A stretch of 64,000 nt of DNA from Patescibacteria group bacterium (GTDB taxonomy: Bacteria; Patescibacteriota; Dojkabacteria; J137). A program made the position numbers and the translations under genes. The notes under the pieces were generated by a model that saw nothing but the letters and a program-made list of their open reading frames with translations, had not been told where the DNA came from and ran no database searches. Of this stretch, positions 27,478 to 35,991 are shown in pieces. The stretch covers positions 517,608 through 581,607 of the forward strand of contig CAUJCN010000002.1 in the NCBI GenBank assembly GCA_963169855.1. The letters are read 5' to 3'. How positions within the stretch are numbered: the first letter of the stretch is position 1; every line of letters begins with the position of its first letter.

Positions 27478-28443
27478 ATGATATCTTTGCAGCAATTTAC
27501 GATCAAAAAGGAGACAGAAGGAAACAATACAGCAACATTCTCTGTTGGACCACTTCCACACGGATACGGTCATACTTTAGGAACATTCTTGAGAAGAGTT
27601 CTTCTATCAAGCATTCCAGGAACTTCTATTACAGGAGTGAAGATTGACGGAGTGGAACATGAATACTCAGCACTAGAAGGTGTTTCGGACGATGTATTAG
27701 CTCTTCTTTTATCTTTAAAGAATGTAGTTTTAGTATCTAAGTCATTAAATCCTACAACAGTTGAACTAACTGTAAACGGAAAAGCAGGAGAAGTTGTAGA
27801 AGTAACAGCAGGAGATATTGAAGAATCAAACGAAGTTTCTGTAGTAAACAAAGATTATGTTATTACTAAACTAACTGGAAAAACAAAGTTAAACATTGTT
27901 CTTACAGTAGAAAGAGGATTGGGATACGTTTTACCAAATGAAGATGTTAGAAAAGAAGTGTCTACATTACCTTTAGACGCAAACTTCTCGCCTGTTACAT
28001 TAGTAAATTACGCTGTGTCTCAGACTAGAGTTGGAAAAGAAACTGAACTTGATCAATTAGACATTACAATCGAGACTAACGGTGCTGTAACTCCAGAAGA
28101 AGCTCTTCACGTTGCTGCAGACAATCTAAATCAGATGACATCTCATCTTATCGAGATTTCTACTTCAATGTTAAAAGGAGACGAGGTAACAGTTGCTGTT
28201 CAGAATGAAATTAAGAAGGCTGCAAGTGAATCTAAGACATCAGAAGACGAGACCCCAGTTAGAGTTGCTGATCTTAATCTTTCAACAAGATTAACAAACG
28301 CTCTTTTAAAGTCAAACTATGATGATCTAAGAAAATTAACAGGACTAACTGAAGAAGAAGTAGCAAGCATTCGAGGAATGGGAAGCAAATCTTATCAGGA
28401 ATTATTAGATGTTTTGAAGAAATACAACGTTAAATTAGTATGA
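27478..28443 (+). CDS. rpoA: DNA-directed RNA polymerase alpha subunit
   Basis: GPLPHGYGHTLGTFLRRVLLSSIPGTSITGVKIDGVEHEYS; C-terminal domain present. Confidence 0.9.
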   Translation: MISLQQFTIKKETEGNNTATFSVGPLPHGYGHTLGTFLRRVLLSSIPGTSITGVKIDGVEHEYSALEGVSDDVLALLLSLKNVVLVSKSLNPTTVELTVNGKAGEVVEVTAGDIEESNEVSVVNKDYVITKLTGKTKLNIVLTVERGLGYVLPNEDVRKEVSTLPLDANFSPVTLVNYAVSQTRVGKETELDQLDITIETNGAVTPEEALHVAADNLNQMTSHLIEISTSMLKGDEVTVAVQNEIKKAASESKTSEDETPVRVADLNLSTRLTNALLKSNYDDLRKLTGLTEEEVASIRGMGSKSYQELLDVLKKYNVKLV

Positions 28444-28922
28444 AGAAATTAGTAAAGAAAGCAAAAATTCAAGGAAAGACACATTCTCATGTTCACGCAT
28501 ACATCAAAGGTATGATCGGAGCACTTGTGAAGAGTCAGAAATTAAAGACAACAAAACATAGAGCAAAATTGATTGGAGCACATTTTGACAGATTAGTAAC
28601 TCACCTTAAAAAAGGAAATGCAAAACTAATTGAAGATTACTTTAACTCAAATGTTCTTGCAAAAGATAAATTTGTAAAAGTTGTAAACGAACAATTAACA
28701 GACAGAAATTCTGGTTACACTAGAATTGTAAAAACATTGAACAGACCAGGAGACAATGCAGATCAAGTATTTTTGATGTTAGTTAACATTGCTGAGAAAT
28801 CAAAGAAGAGCAACGTTGCTAAACTTTTAGAACAGAGAGCTAAGAACGAAAAGAAACCAAAGGCAAAACCAGCAGCTAAAAAAGCTACTGCTGAGAAGGC
28901 TAAAAAAACTAAAAGCGAATAA
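28440..28922 (+). CDS. rplQ: Ribosomal protein L17 with Lys/Ala-rich C-terminal tail
   Basis: GYTRIVKTLNRPGDNADQVFL core; about 35-aa tail KKPKAKPAAKKATAEKAKKTKSE. ATGA overlap with rpoA. Confidence 0.8.
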   Translation: MKKLVKKAKIQGKTHSHVHAYIKGMIGALVKSQKLKTTKHRAKLIGAHFDRLVTHLKKGNAKLIEDYFNSNVLAKDKFVKVVNEQLTDRNSGYTRIVKTLNRPGDNADQVFLMLVNIAEKSKKSNVAKLLEQRAKNEKKPKAKPAAKKATAEKAKKTKSE

Positions 28923-28933
28923 ATATATAAACT

Positions 28934-29380
28934 ATGAAAAACATTAACAGAGTATCACAAAACGAATTAAAGGAAGAATGGTACCTAGTAGATGCTTCTG
29001 GCATTAGAGTAGGAACACTAGCTTCAAAAGTAGCAGAATTATTACAGGGAAAGAATAACGTATTAAAGAGGGACTATCACAAGCCAATGACTAAAGTGAT
29101 TGTGATCAACTCTGATAAGTTGGACTTTACATCTAAGAGAGGAATGACTAAATTCTACAAATCATACTCTGGATTTCCAGGTGGATTAAAATTTGAGTCT
29201 TTATCTGAATTAGTAGAAAAGAAATCTGACAGACCAATCATGAATGCTGTAAAGGGAATGTTACCTTCTACAAAGAGAGGAGAGGAAATGTTAGCAAACT
29301 TAAAAGTTTTTAGTGGAGCTGAACACCCACACAACGCACAGTCACCTGTTGCAGTAAATATTAAAGAATTAAAGATCTAA
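28934..29380 (+). CDS. rplM: Ribosomal protein L13
   Basis: EEWYLVDASGIRVGTLASKVAELLQGK. Confidence 0.85.
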   Translation: MKNINRVSQNELKEEWYLVDASGIRVGTLASKVAELLQGKNNVLKRDYHKPMTKVIVINSDKLDFTSKRGMTKFYKSYSGFPGGLKFESLSELVEKKSDRPIMNAVKGMLPSTKRGEEMLANLKVFSGAEHPHNAQSPVAVNIKELKI

Positions 29381-29382
29381 AT

Positions 29383-29772
29383 ATGGAATATACATATTCA
29401 TTAGGAAGAAGAAAAACATCAGTAGCAACTCTAAGACTGTACACAAAACCAGGAAAGAATCTATTGAACGACAAAGCATTAGAAGAAGTGTACGCAGATA
29501 ATCACGTTCAGACTTTAGTGGTAGAACCATTAAAAGCTGCAGATTTAGATCCAAAGAATTTCTACTTTACTGCTAAAACAGTTGGAGGAGGAAAATTCTC
29601 TAGAGTAGACGCAATTAGATTAGCGTTAGCAAGAGCGATTATCAAGCTTTACCCAGAAAAGAAAAAGCAATTGAAAGAACTTGGATTACTAACAAGAGAC
29701 CCAAGAATGGTAGAAAGAAAGAAACCAGGTTTGAGAAAAGCAAGAAGAGCAGAACAGTACTCAAAGCGTTAA
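29383..29772 (+). CDS. rpsI: Ribosomal protein S9
   Basis: GGGKFSRVDAIRLALARAI; C-terminal KKPGLRKARRAEQYSKR. Confidence 0.9.
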   Translation: MEYTYSLGRRKTSVATLRLYTKPGKNLLNDKALEEVYADNHVQTLVVEPLKAADLDPKNFYFTAKTVGGGKFSRVDAIRLALARAIIKLYPEKKKQLKELGLLTRDPRMVERKKPGLRKARRAEQYSKR

Positions 29773-29831
29773 TCTTTTTCGAAGACTTATACAGAAAGGG
29801 CCAATGGCTCTTTCGAAATTGAAGAACCGTA

Positions 29832-30176
29832 ATGTCGACTTTCTCTAAAGGAAAAGCTATACAAAATCATGTTAAAAAAGTACTCGTAGAAAAAGGGTAC
29901 TTTTTTATTGCAGAGAATTTCAAATTTAAAAATGGCGAGATCGATTTAATATTGCAAGATGGAGATTTCATAGTTTTTATTGAGGTTAAAAGTAGCTGGA
30001 ATACTGATGTTTTCGAGTTACTTTCTCCTACAAAATTGAAAAGATTTAAAGCTGCAATAGATTACTGGCTAGAGTTTAATGGCAAACAGGATGCAACTTG
30101 GAGAGCAGATTACATCGGAGTAAAAGTTGCCGAGAAAGGTCTTAAGATTGAACACATAGAGTTCATCAACTTCTGA
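29832..30176 (+). CDS. yraN: YraN-family (UPF0102) PD-(D/E)xK endonuclease-like protein
   Basis: KGYFFIAENFKFKNGEIDLILQDGDFIVFIEVKS matches the YraN GEIDLIA..D..LVFVEVK pattern. Confidence 0.6.
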   Translation: MSTFSKGKAIQNHVKKVLVEKGYFFIAENFKFKNGEIDLILQDGDFIVFIEVKSSWNTDVFELLSPTKLKRFKAAIDYWLEFNGKQDATWRADYIGVKVAEKGLKIEHIEFINF

Positions 30177-30203
30177 TATAATTTTTAGATTTAATCAACA
30201 TAT

Positions 30204-30809
30204 ATGACTTTTCAAGAACTTTGGTGGAAAACAGGAATAGCAAAGTGGTTAAAAACAAGAAGATTCGCATTTATTGTAAGAACAATGGGATTAGATCTTA
30301 CAAGAGAGACTGAGATGTTAGAGGTAGGAAGTGCTACTGGTAAAGATTTCATTGCATTTTTGAAAGATTATCCAAACTTCAAAATTACGGGAATCGATAT
30401 TGATAAATACGAAATTGATCACCCAACTGCCGTACAAATTCAAGGAGATGCCGAGAATTTACCGTTTGAAGACAAAAGCTTTGATTTCGTTATTTCTTTA
30501 GGACTTTTAGAACATATCGAGCCAATTGAAAAGTTGAGCAAAGTTATCATGGAAATCGATAGAGTAGCCAAGTCTTATTGCATAGTAATTCCAGCAATAA
30601 ATACACGAATCGAACCTCACTTGAAATCTTGGAGATGGCAGTTAAGAGATCGAAACTATAAAAAGCAGTTTAAACACGCTGGAGTAAACTACTACAGTGA
30701 TGATGCCTGGACTAAGTTTACAGGCTTTAAGGGCGCTAATACGAAGAGATTTTGGTATATTCCTGGGTTGATCAGCAATCTTGTAATCTACAAAACTGAG
30801 AATGAATAG
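30204..30809 (+). CDS. Class I SAM-dependent methyltransferase
   Basis: LEVGSATGKDF (motif I) and ENLPFEDKSFDFVISLGLLEHIEP. Confidence 0.55.
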   Translation: MTFQELWWKTGIAKWLKTRRFAFIVRTMGLDLTRETEMLEVGSATGKDFIAFLKDYPNFKITGIDIDKYEIDHPTAVQIQGDAENLPFEDKSFDFVISLGLLEHIEPIEKLSKVIMEIDRVAKSYCIVIPAINTRIEPHLKSWRWQLRDRNYKKQFKHAGVNYYSDDAWTKFTGFKGANTKRFWYIPGLISNLVIYKTENE

Positions 30810-30863
30810 ATGTTATTGCCGCATTGATTAGCAGGAATTGACCAATAGTGATAAAATATAGTC

Positions 30864-31235
30864 ATGAATAACACAACTTTCAACATTCCAAGAAATATTA
30901 TTCCACAGTTCTGCGATAGATGCGGATCACAACATCAACCGTCAGATATGGAAATTGTAAGCACCGAAGAGATGCAGGTAACTGCTCGAATTGAGTGCAG
31001 TAATTGCAAAGCTACATATCTTATGCACATTACCATGCCTATGGATGGAGTAGTGTCGGGAAAAAAGTCTCTTTTTAAAACTGACTTAACTCAAGGGGAA
31101 ATTAAAAAATTCTCAGAAGTTGCAGAAATCGAAAACGAGGAAATTCTTGACTCAATAATTGCAATGAAGAAAGTAAAAAGTTTTAGTGATTTGAACAATT
31201 TAATCTCTAATAATTCTGACGAATTTGCTGACTGA
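30864..31235 (+). CDS. Zinc-ribbon hypothetical protein
   Basis: CDRCGS...CSNCKA forms a four-Cys pair; the 3' end overlaps the recF stop region by about 36 bp on the opposite strand. Confidence 0.4.
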   Translation: MNNTTFNIPRNIIPQFCDRCGSQHQPSDMEIVSTEEMQVTARIECSNCKATYLMHITMPMDGVVSGKKSLFKTDLTQGEIKKFSEVAEIENEEILDSIIAMKKVKSFSDLNNLISNNSDEFAD

Positions 31236-32306
31236 TTTGGTTTCCGAATCGATTTCAGTTTCTTCAGCTGAGGTTAAAATAGATTGTTCAACATTTTTCA
31301 CTATAATTCTTCCGCAGATTTCTCTATTTTTTGTATCTAATTCTGACATTAAATCATCAATTAAGAAAACTGGAGATTCATCCTTAACTTTTTTGAGTAG
31401 AGAATACTGTGTAAGTTTGTAAATAAATGCCCCAACACGCTGTTGGCCTCGAGATCCTAAATATCTTAGATCCATCTCGTTCATAAATATGCTAATTTCG
31501 TCCCTATGAGCTCCATAGAGGCTCTTTCCAGCTCCAAGCTCCTTATGGCGACCAGTTGCAATTTTCTCTTCTAAAACACGCATATATTCGCTAAATTTGT
31601 CCGAACTTCCAGAAACATCCACATGTTCTTTGTAGATTATTGTTACTGGGGTGTACCGTTCAAGCTCAACTTCTTTTGAAGTATCATTCAGAGTCTGAAT
31701 GTAATTGATTCTATGTTGATAAAGCTTGTGAGAAAGATCGATTAATTTACCATCCCAAAAGCCCATTCCAGAATAATCAGATTCGCCGTCTTTTATGAGT
31801 TTAATCTGAGCGTTTCGTTGCTTGATAATTTTTTTATATTCGATCAAAGTCAACCTGTAATCCCCGTCAATTTTTGATAAAAATGTGTCCAAATCGTCTC
31901 TTCTGACTGTTGCATCCCCATCAACTAGGTTCACACTTGCTGGGGCAAATAGCAAAACTGGGATTTTATCTCCAAGTCTTGATGGAACAACTGCTTTTTT
32001 ATTGAGTAGAGCGGAGATTTTACCTTCTTTCGTGACTAATTTTTCTGATATGCTTTGATTGTCCAATTCCGCCTCAACCCTAGCTAGTTCTGAGTTATGT
32101 GATACTAATTGACCAACTTGCTCGATAGTTCTGAAAACCTTGTTGTACGACAAAAAGTAGATAGACTCTAAAAGATTAGTTTTCCCAGAACCGTTTGGAG
32201 CAATAACTATATTCACTCCTGGTTCGAAATCTGCTGATAAGGACTCGATATTTCTGTAATTTTGTAAACTGATCCTCTTAATCATAGTTGAATAATATTT
32301 TACCAT
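31200..32306 (-). CDS. recF: DNA replication and repair protein RecF
   Basis: N-terminus MIKRISLQNYRNIESLSADFEPGVNIVIAPNGSGKTNLLESIYFLS (Walker A); SMC-like architecture, 368 aa. Confidence 0.85.
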   Translation of the reverse strand: MVKYYSTMIKRISLQNYRNIESLSADFEPGVNIVIAPNGSGKTNLLESIYFLSYNKVFRTIEQVGQLVSHNSELARVEAELDNQSISEKLVTKEGKISALLNKKAVVPSRLGDKIPVLLFAPASVNLVDGDATVRRDDLDTFLSKIDGDYRLTLIEYKKIIKQRNAQIKLIKDGESDYSGMGFWDGKLIDLSHKLYQHRINYIQTLNDTSKEVELERYTPVTIIYKEHVDVSGSSDKFSEYMRVLEEKIATGRHKELGAGKSLYGAHRDEISIFMNEMDLRYLGSRGQQRVGAFIYKLTQYSLLKKVKDESPVFLIDDLMSELDTKNREICGRIIVKNVEQSILTSAEETEIDSETKSVSKFVRIIRD

Positions 32307-32335
32307 CTAAATGAAAGTCTAATCTTATTTCTAAG

Positions 32336-32872
32336 ATGAGTATATGGAGGTATAATTCACTTATTATTTTCAAATCTTTTTCTATGAATGTAATTCGAAA
32401 TTGGATAACCTCCGACGGTATATTACCTGAACATGCAGATCTAGAGATTAGGCAAGTTTATGTTTGGAACTGGACAACAGACGACAAGATAATTCTCGTT
32501 TCAAAGAATGGAACTTCTTGGCAATTTCCAGGTGGACACCCAGAAGCAGGCGAGAGTATTGACGAGGCAGCAAAAAGAGAAATGTGGGAAGAGGCCGGAC
32601 TAGATATTTCCGAAATAGAGTCTACTTTCTTTGGATATTATGTAATTACAGAAGAAGATGAAAATGGAAGCCAAACTTATCTTCAAGTAAGATTGAAACT
32701 TTCTTTAGGAAAATCATCTAGTGAATTAGATCTACAAACTCACGAAGCAGAAGGAGATAACGATTCAATAAAATTTGTAGAAGCTGTTACTCTTGAAGAA
32801 GCTACTTCTAGAATTTCATGGTTGAGTAGTACAGATGAGTACAAAGCTGTTGTTACAGAACTGAATCAATAA
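32336..32872 (+). CDS. NUDIX hydrolase
   Basis: Nudix box GGHPEAGESIDEAAKREMWEEAGL. A start at the second Met (32384) is possible. Confidence 0.7.
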   Translation: MSIWRYNSLIIFKSFSMNVIRNWITSDGILPEHADLEIRQVYVWNWTTDDKIILVSKNGTSWQFPGGHPEAGESIDEAAKREMWEEAGLDISEIESTFFGYYVITEEDENGSQTYLQVRLKLSLGKSSSELDLQTHEAEGDNDSIKFVEAVTLEEATSRISWLSSTDEYKAVVTELNQ

Positions 32873-33078
32873 AGTCTGCAACAGCCTTAGCTGAGCATTT
32901 AACCAGCTATCGAAAACCTCAGGAAGAGCAAAGTCAGACATTGTCAGAGATTTAATCCTGGAAGAGATGAAGAAGAATCCTCTTTAGGCCCCACTTGATA
33001 GCAGCACAAGGCCTTTCCCTATTGACAAAATCAGCATTATCGTTTATTTTACAGGCGAGTATTTATTAGATTTTAACT

Positions 33079-33441
33079 ATGCCTAAAAAAGCAAAAACAG
33101 AATTAGAAGAAGAGAAGAAAAAAAAGAAAGCTCCGAAGCAAGAGGAGAATGATGAAATGCATGATGTTCCAATGGAAGATATGCCGGAGGGAGACATCGA
33201 AGAAGGAGAGATCGACCATGGAGATACCTACGAAATGGGTAGAATCCAATCCGACCAAGACGAAGAAGATGAGAAAATTGATCTAAAATCAATTCCTACA
33301 GAAACTTTAACTGGAGATGATGATGAAGAACCGTTAATCGACGAAGATATCAATACAGAAGATAAGGACGACTTTATTGATGACAACTTTGACAGCGATA
33401 ATCCTTTTGATTTGGAAGACGAGCCTGAATCATCTTATTAA
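33079..33441 (+). CDS. Highly acidic, low-complexity protein (120 aa)
   Basis: Basic N-terminus MPKKAKTELEEEKKKKKAPK followed by about 100 residues dominated by D/E. Confidence 0.45.
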   Translation: MPKKAKTELEEEKKKKKAPKQEENDEMHDVPMEDMPEGDIEEGEIDHGDTYEMGRIQSDQDEEDEKIDLKSIPTETLTGDDDEEPLIDEDINTEDKDDFIDDNFDSDNPFDLEDEPESSY

Positions 33442-33488
33442 AATATTTTTTACATTGTTAATAGAATTGAACTATTGACCGCAGAATT

Positions 33489-34577
33489 ATGGAAGACAAA
33501 TTTAAATACAAACTAGTAGAAACAAAGAAGAACGTTAAAACATTCGAAGTTACTGTAGATAAATCTTTAGAACAGGAATACTACGAAAAAGCATTTCAGA
33601 AACTTTCAGCAGATATTAAGATCGCTGGATTTAGACCTGGAAAAGCTCCTAGAGATGTTGTTGAACCAAAAGTTGCATTAGACGCTCTTAACGAAACAGT
33701 AAATTCTCTTTTGCCTGATGTTACTGTCAAGGTTCTTGTAAAAGAAAACATTACACCTTTGGGAAGAGTTGAGTACGACATCAAAGATGTAAAAGGAGAG
33801 TCAGAAATGGTTTATAAGTTTACTGTACATACTTATCCGGACATAGATGTTTCGAAAGTAAAGAAGATCAAAGTAACTGCAAAGAAAGACGAGGTTAAAG
33901 AAGATGAAGTTGATTCAGTAATTAGAAATATTATTAGAAGCACTTTACCTAGAGACAAGTGGGCAGGAGAAGAAAAAGCTGAAGATGAAAAGATATCTAA
34001 AAAAGATGAGAAAAAAGAAGATGCAGTTTCTGTAGATACAACATTCGAAATTACAGATGAATTGGTAAAAGAACTTGGATACGAAGATGCTAAATCTGTA
34101 GAAGAATTGAGAAAGAGTGTTAAAGAATCTTTGAATAAAGTTAAAGACAATCAGTATGAATCTGAACTCTTAGAAAAAGGTTTGGAAGAAGTTCAAAAGA
34201 TTGTTGAAATGGAAATTCCTCATGATATGGTTCACCACGAAGCGGATCATAGACAAGCTGACTTTGAAGCAAGATTAAAACAAATCAACCTCAACGTTGA
34301 CGAATATTTGAAGGCACAAGGAAAGACTATGAAGGAACTTCACGATGAGTGGGAAAGGGATATTGAAAAGATGATTTTCAGAGATGTGTTTGCTGTTCAA
34401 TTAGCGCATCAGGAAAAACTTATTCCAAGCGAAGAGGAACTTGATACAGAAATTGATAAAATTGAGGATGAAATGACAAAAGTCAGATACAAGGGAGACC
34501 AGAGAATGAGAGATCAGTACAGAACAATGGTTTCTGTAAACAAAGGTCTTCAGAAATTCTTAGAATGGCTTAAATAG
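33489..34577 (+). CDS. tig: Trigger factor homolog lacking the PPIase domain
   Basis: N-terminal ribosome-binding signature GFRPGKAPRDVVE; C-domain-like ITDELVKELGYEDAKSVEELRKSVKESL. Only 362 aa, with a short K/E linker where the FKBP domain normally sits. Confidence 0.65.
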   Translation: MEDKFKYKLVETKKNVKTFEVTVDKSLEQEYYEKAFQKLSADIKIAGFRPGKAPRDVVEPKVALDALNETVNSLLPDVTVKVLVKENITPLGRVEYDIKDVKGESEMVYKFTVHTYPDIDVSKVKKIKVTAKKDEVKEDEVDSVIRNIIRSTLPRDKWAGEEKAEDEKISKKDEKKEDAVSVDTTFEITDELVKELGYEDAKSVEELRKSVKESLNKVKDNQYESELLEKGLEEVQKIVEMEIPHDMVHHEADHRQADFEARLKQINLNVDEYLKAQGKTMKELHDEWERDIEKMIFRDVFAVQLAHQEKLIPSEEELDTEIDKIEDEMTKVRYKGDQRMRDQYRTMVSVNKGLQKFLEWLK

Positions 34578-35853
34578 AGTAGCTTTGCTTATAAGCAATT
34601 TTAAACTGAACATATTGAAAAAGGAGTTGCGATAATTCATCCAGCTCCTTTTCTGTTAGCCTAACTTCTTCTGCCTCACCTGTTGTAAGATCTAAAAAAG
34701 CGAACCTAACTCTTTCTATATATTTAAGAAGTTCGATTCTTTCAAATTCATCGAATAATAAGACGTCTCTAACAAAAACTCTGCCTTCTTCAGATTGTTT
34801 AGATCGTCTCATCATTCTGCAAGCTTGCACTAAAATATACATTTTTGCTTGGAATATATGTGTTGGCATGTCGGATCTATGGTGGCTTTTGAAGTCTATG
34901 ATTACTGACCCGTTTGCGGTACTCACAATCATATCTTGTCTTGTATTTATTACTGTTGAGATTGCACCTAGTTGATTCAGCTGAGAGAACCAGTAATCTT
35001 TACCTGATCTATTCGGGAAAGTAACTTTCAAGTCCACGGGGACTTCACTTTCACTGTCCGCAAGTAGTGGATTTATAAAGTCCAGATCATTTTCGAAGTA
35101 ACTTAAAATTACATCTATTGCTCTGAACACTCTGTCGATGTATTTACCAACTACTTCACGAATTTGGATCATCAGATCATAATTTGAAGCCGGGAAAGCT
35201 TCGCCTAATTTTCTTATTAGAATTATTAATATCTTTATTCTCTTTTGAATTGCCGACTGATCTTCCTGATCTAAACTATCTAGATAAACTTGAACAGAGA
35301 GTCTGTCGATCCCATCGTATGCTTTTGGATCTCCAATTTGATCCCATGCAGATTCGATTTCCTCTGTAGTATTAGTGTGTATGGGTTTTGATTCGGTAGA
35401 AATTTGTGTTTGAAAGTACAAAGGCAATGTTAATTCAAATGTTGATCTTGAAATAATTAAATCCGAATTGTTTGGATTTTGCAGAAGTTCAAGAATTGCA
35501 GATGGGATCATGTGTAAAACATTACCAAGTTGCATATTTTCATCGGGTTTAGAATCTACTTCAGGATTATTGACTTTAAAAGTTCCAACTTCTAAATCTA
35601 GTCCATGGAGAAATTCGAAAATATTTGTAATTGAACATTTTGATGATACTAGAGCCGAAGATCCATTTGATTGTAGCAAAGCCTTGTTTACTGCTGGCGA
35701 TTCTTTATCCCAATTCACATAAACATGGAATAGATTACCCTTAGGTCTGTGATAATTTTTTATAATTTCAAGAATGCTTTTTTCTGGGGATTCAATAGAG
35801 GCAGGAGAAGTGACATCTGGGTTGTATTTCCCAAAAGCCCATTCCATAATCAA
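34570..35853 (-). CDS. Hypothetical protein with C-terminal PD-(D/E)xK (RecB/Cas4-like) nuclease motifs
   Basis: Motifs RQDMIV...GSVIIDFKSHH...QAKMYIL (D, D-x-K, Q-x-x-x-Y) in the C-terminal third; 427 aa; divergent from recA. Confidence 0.4.
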   Translation of the reverse strand: MIMEWAFGKYNPDVTSPASIESPEKSILEIIKNYHRPKGNLFHVYVNWDKESPAVNKALLQSNGSSALVSSKCSITNIFEFLHGLDLEVGTFKVNNPEVDSKPDENMQLGNVLHMIPSAILELLQNPNNSDLIISRSTFELTLPLYFQTQISTESKPIHTNTTEEIESAWDQIGDPKAYDGIDRLSVQVYLDSLDQEDQSAIQKRIKILIILIRKLGEAFPASNYDLMIQIREVVGKYIDRVFRAIDVILSYFENDLDFINPLLADSESEVPVDLKVTFPNRSGKDYWFSQLNQLGAISTVINTRQDMIVSTANGSVIIDFKSHHRSDMPTHIFQAKMYILVQACRMMRRSKQSEEGRVFVRDVLLFDEFERIELLKYIERVRFAFLDLTTGEAEEVRLTEKELDELSQLLFQYVQFKIAYKQSYSI

Positions 35854-35991
35854 ATTTTGTTATTAATTAACATCAACATTGAAGTTAGTTTAAAACAAAA
35901 AGTTTTTATCTGTCAAACTTGTATTCTATTACATTTACAAAAACGCATAGTGGGGTTTAAACTGAAATTGTAGATATTAAATTACTCATTT

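Noticed and set aside
29773-29831. Terminator after rpsI
   Set aside because: Only a 7-bp stem with a 27-nt loop (TTTCGAA…TTCGAAA) and no T-tract; not convincing.
32873-33078. Possible SRP (4.5S) RNA because of GGAAGAGCA / CAGG-like strings
   Set aside because: The match to the conserved domain IV motif (GGAAGCAGC with flanking helix) is partial and the surrounding helices could not be built by eye. Kept only as a generic candidate sRNA.
35854-35991. LexA/SOS box upstream of recA
   Set aside because: No CTGT-N8-ACAG or Cheo-box (CGAACRNRYGTTYC) match was found in the recA divergent promoter region.
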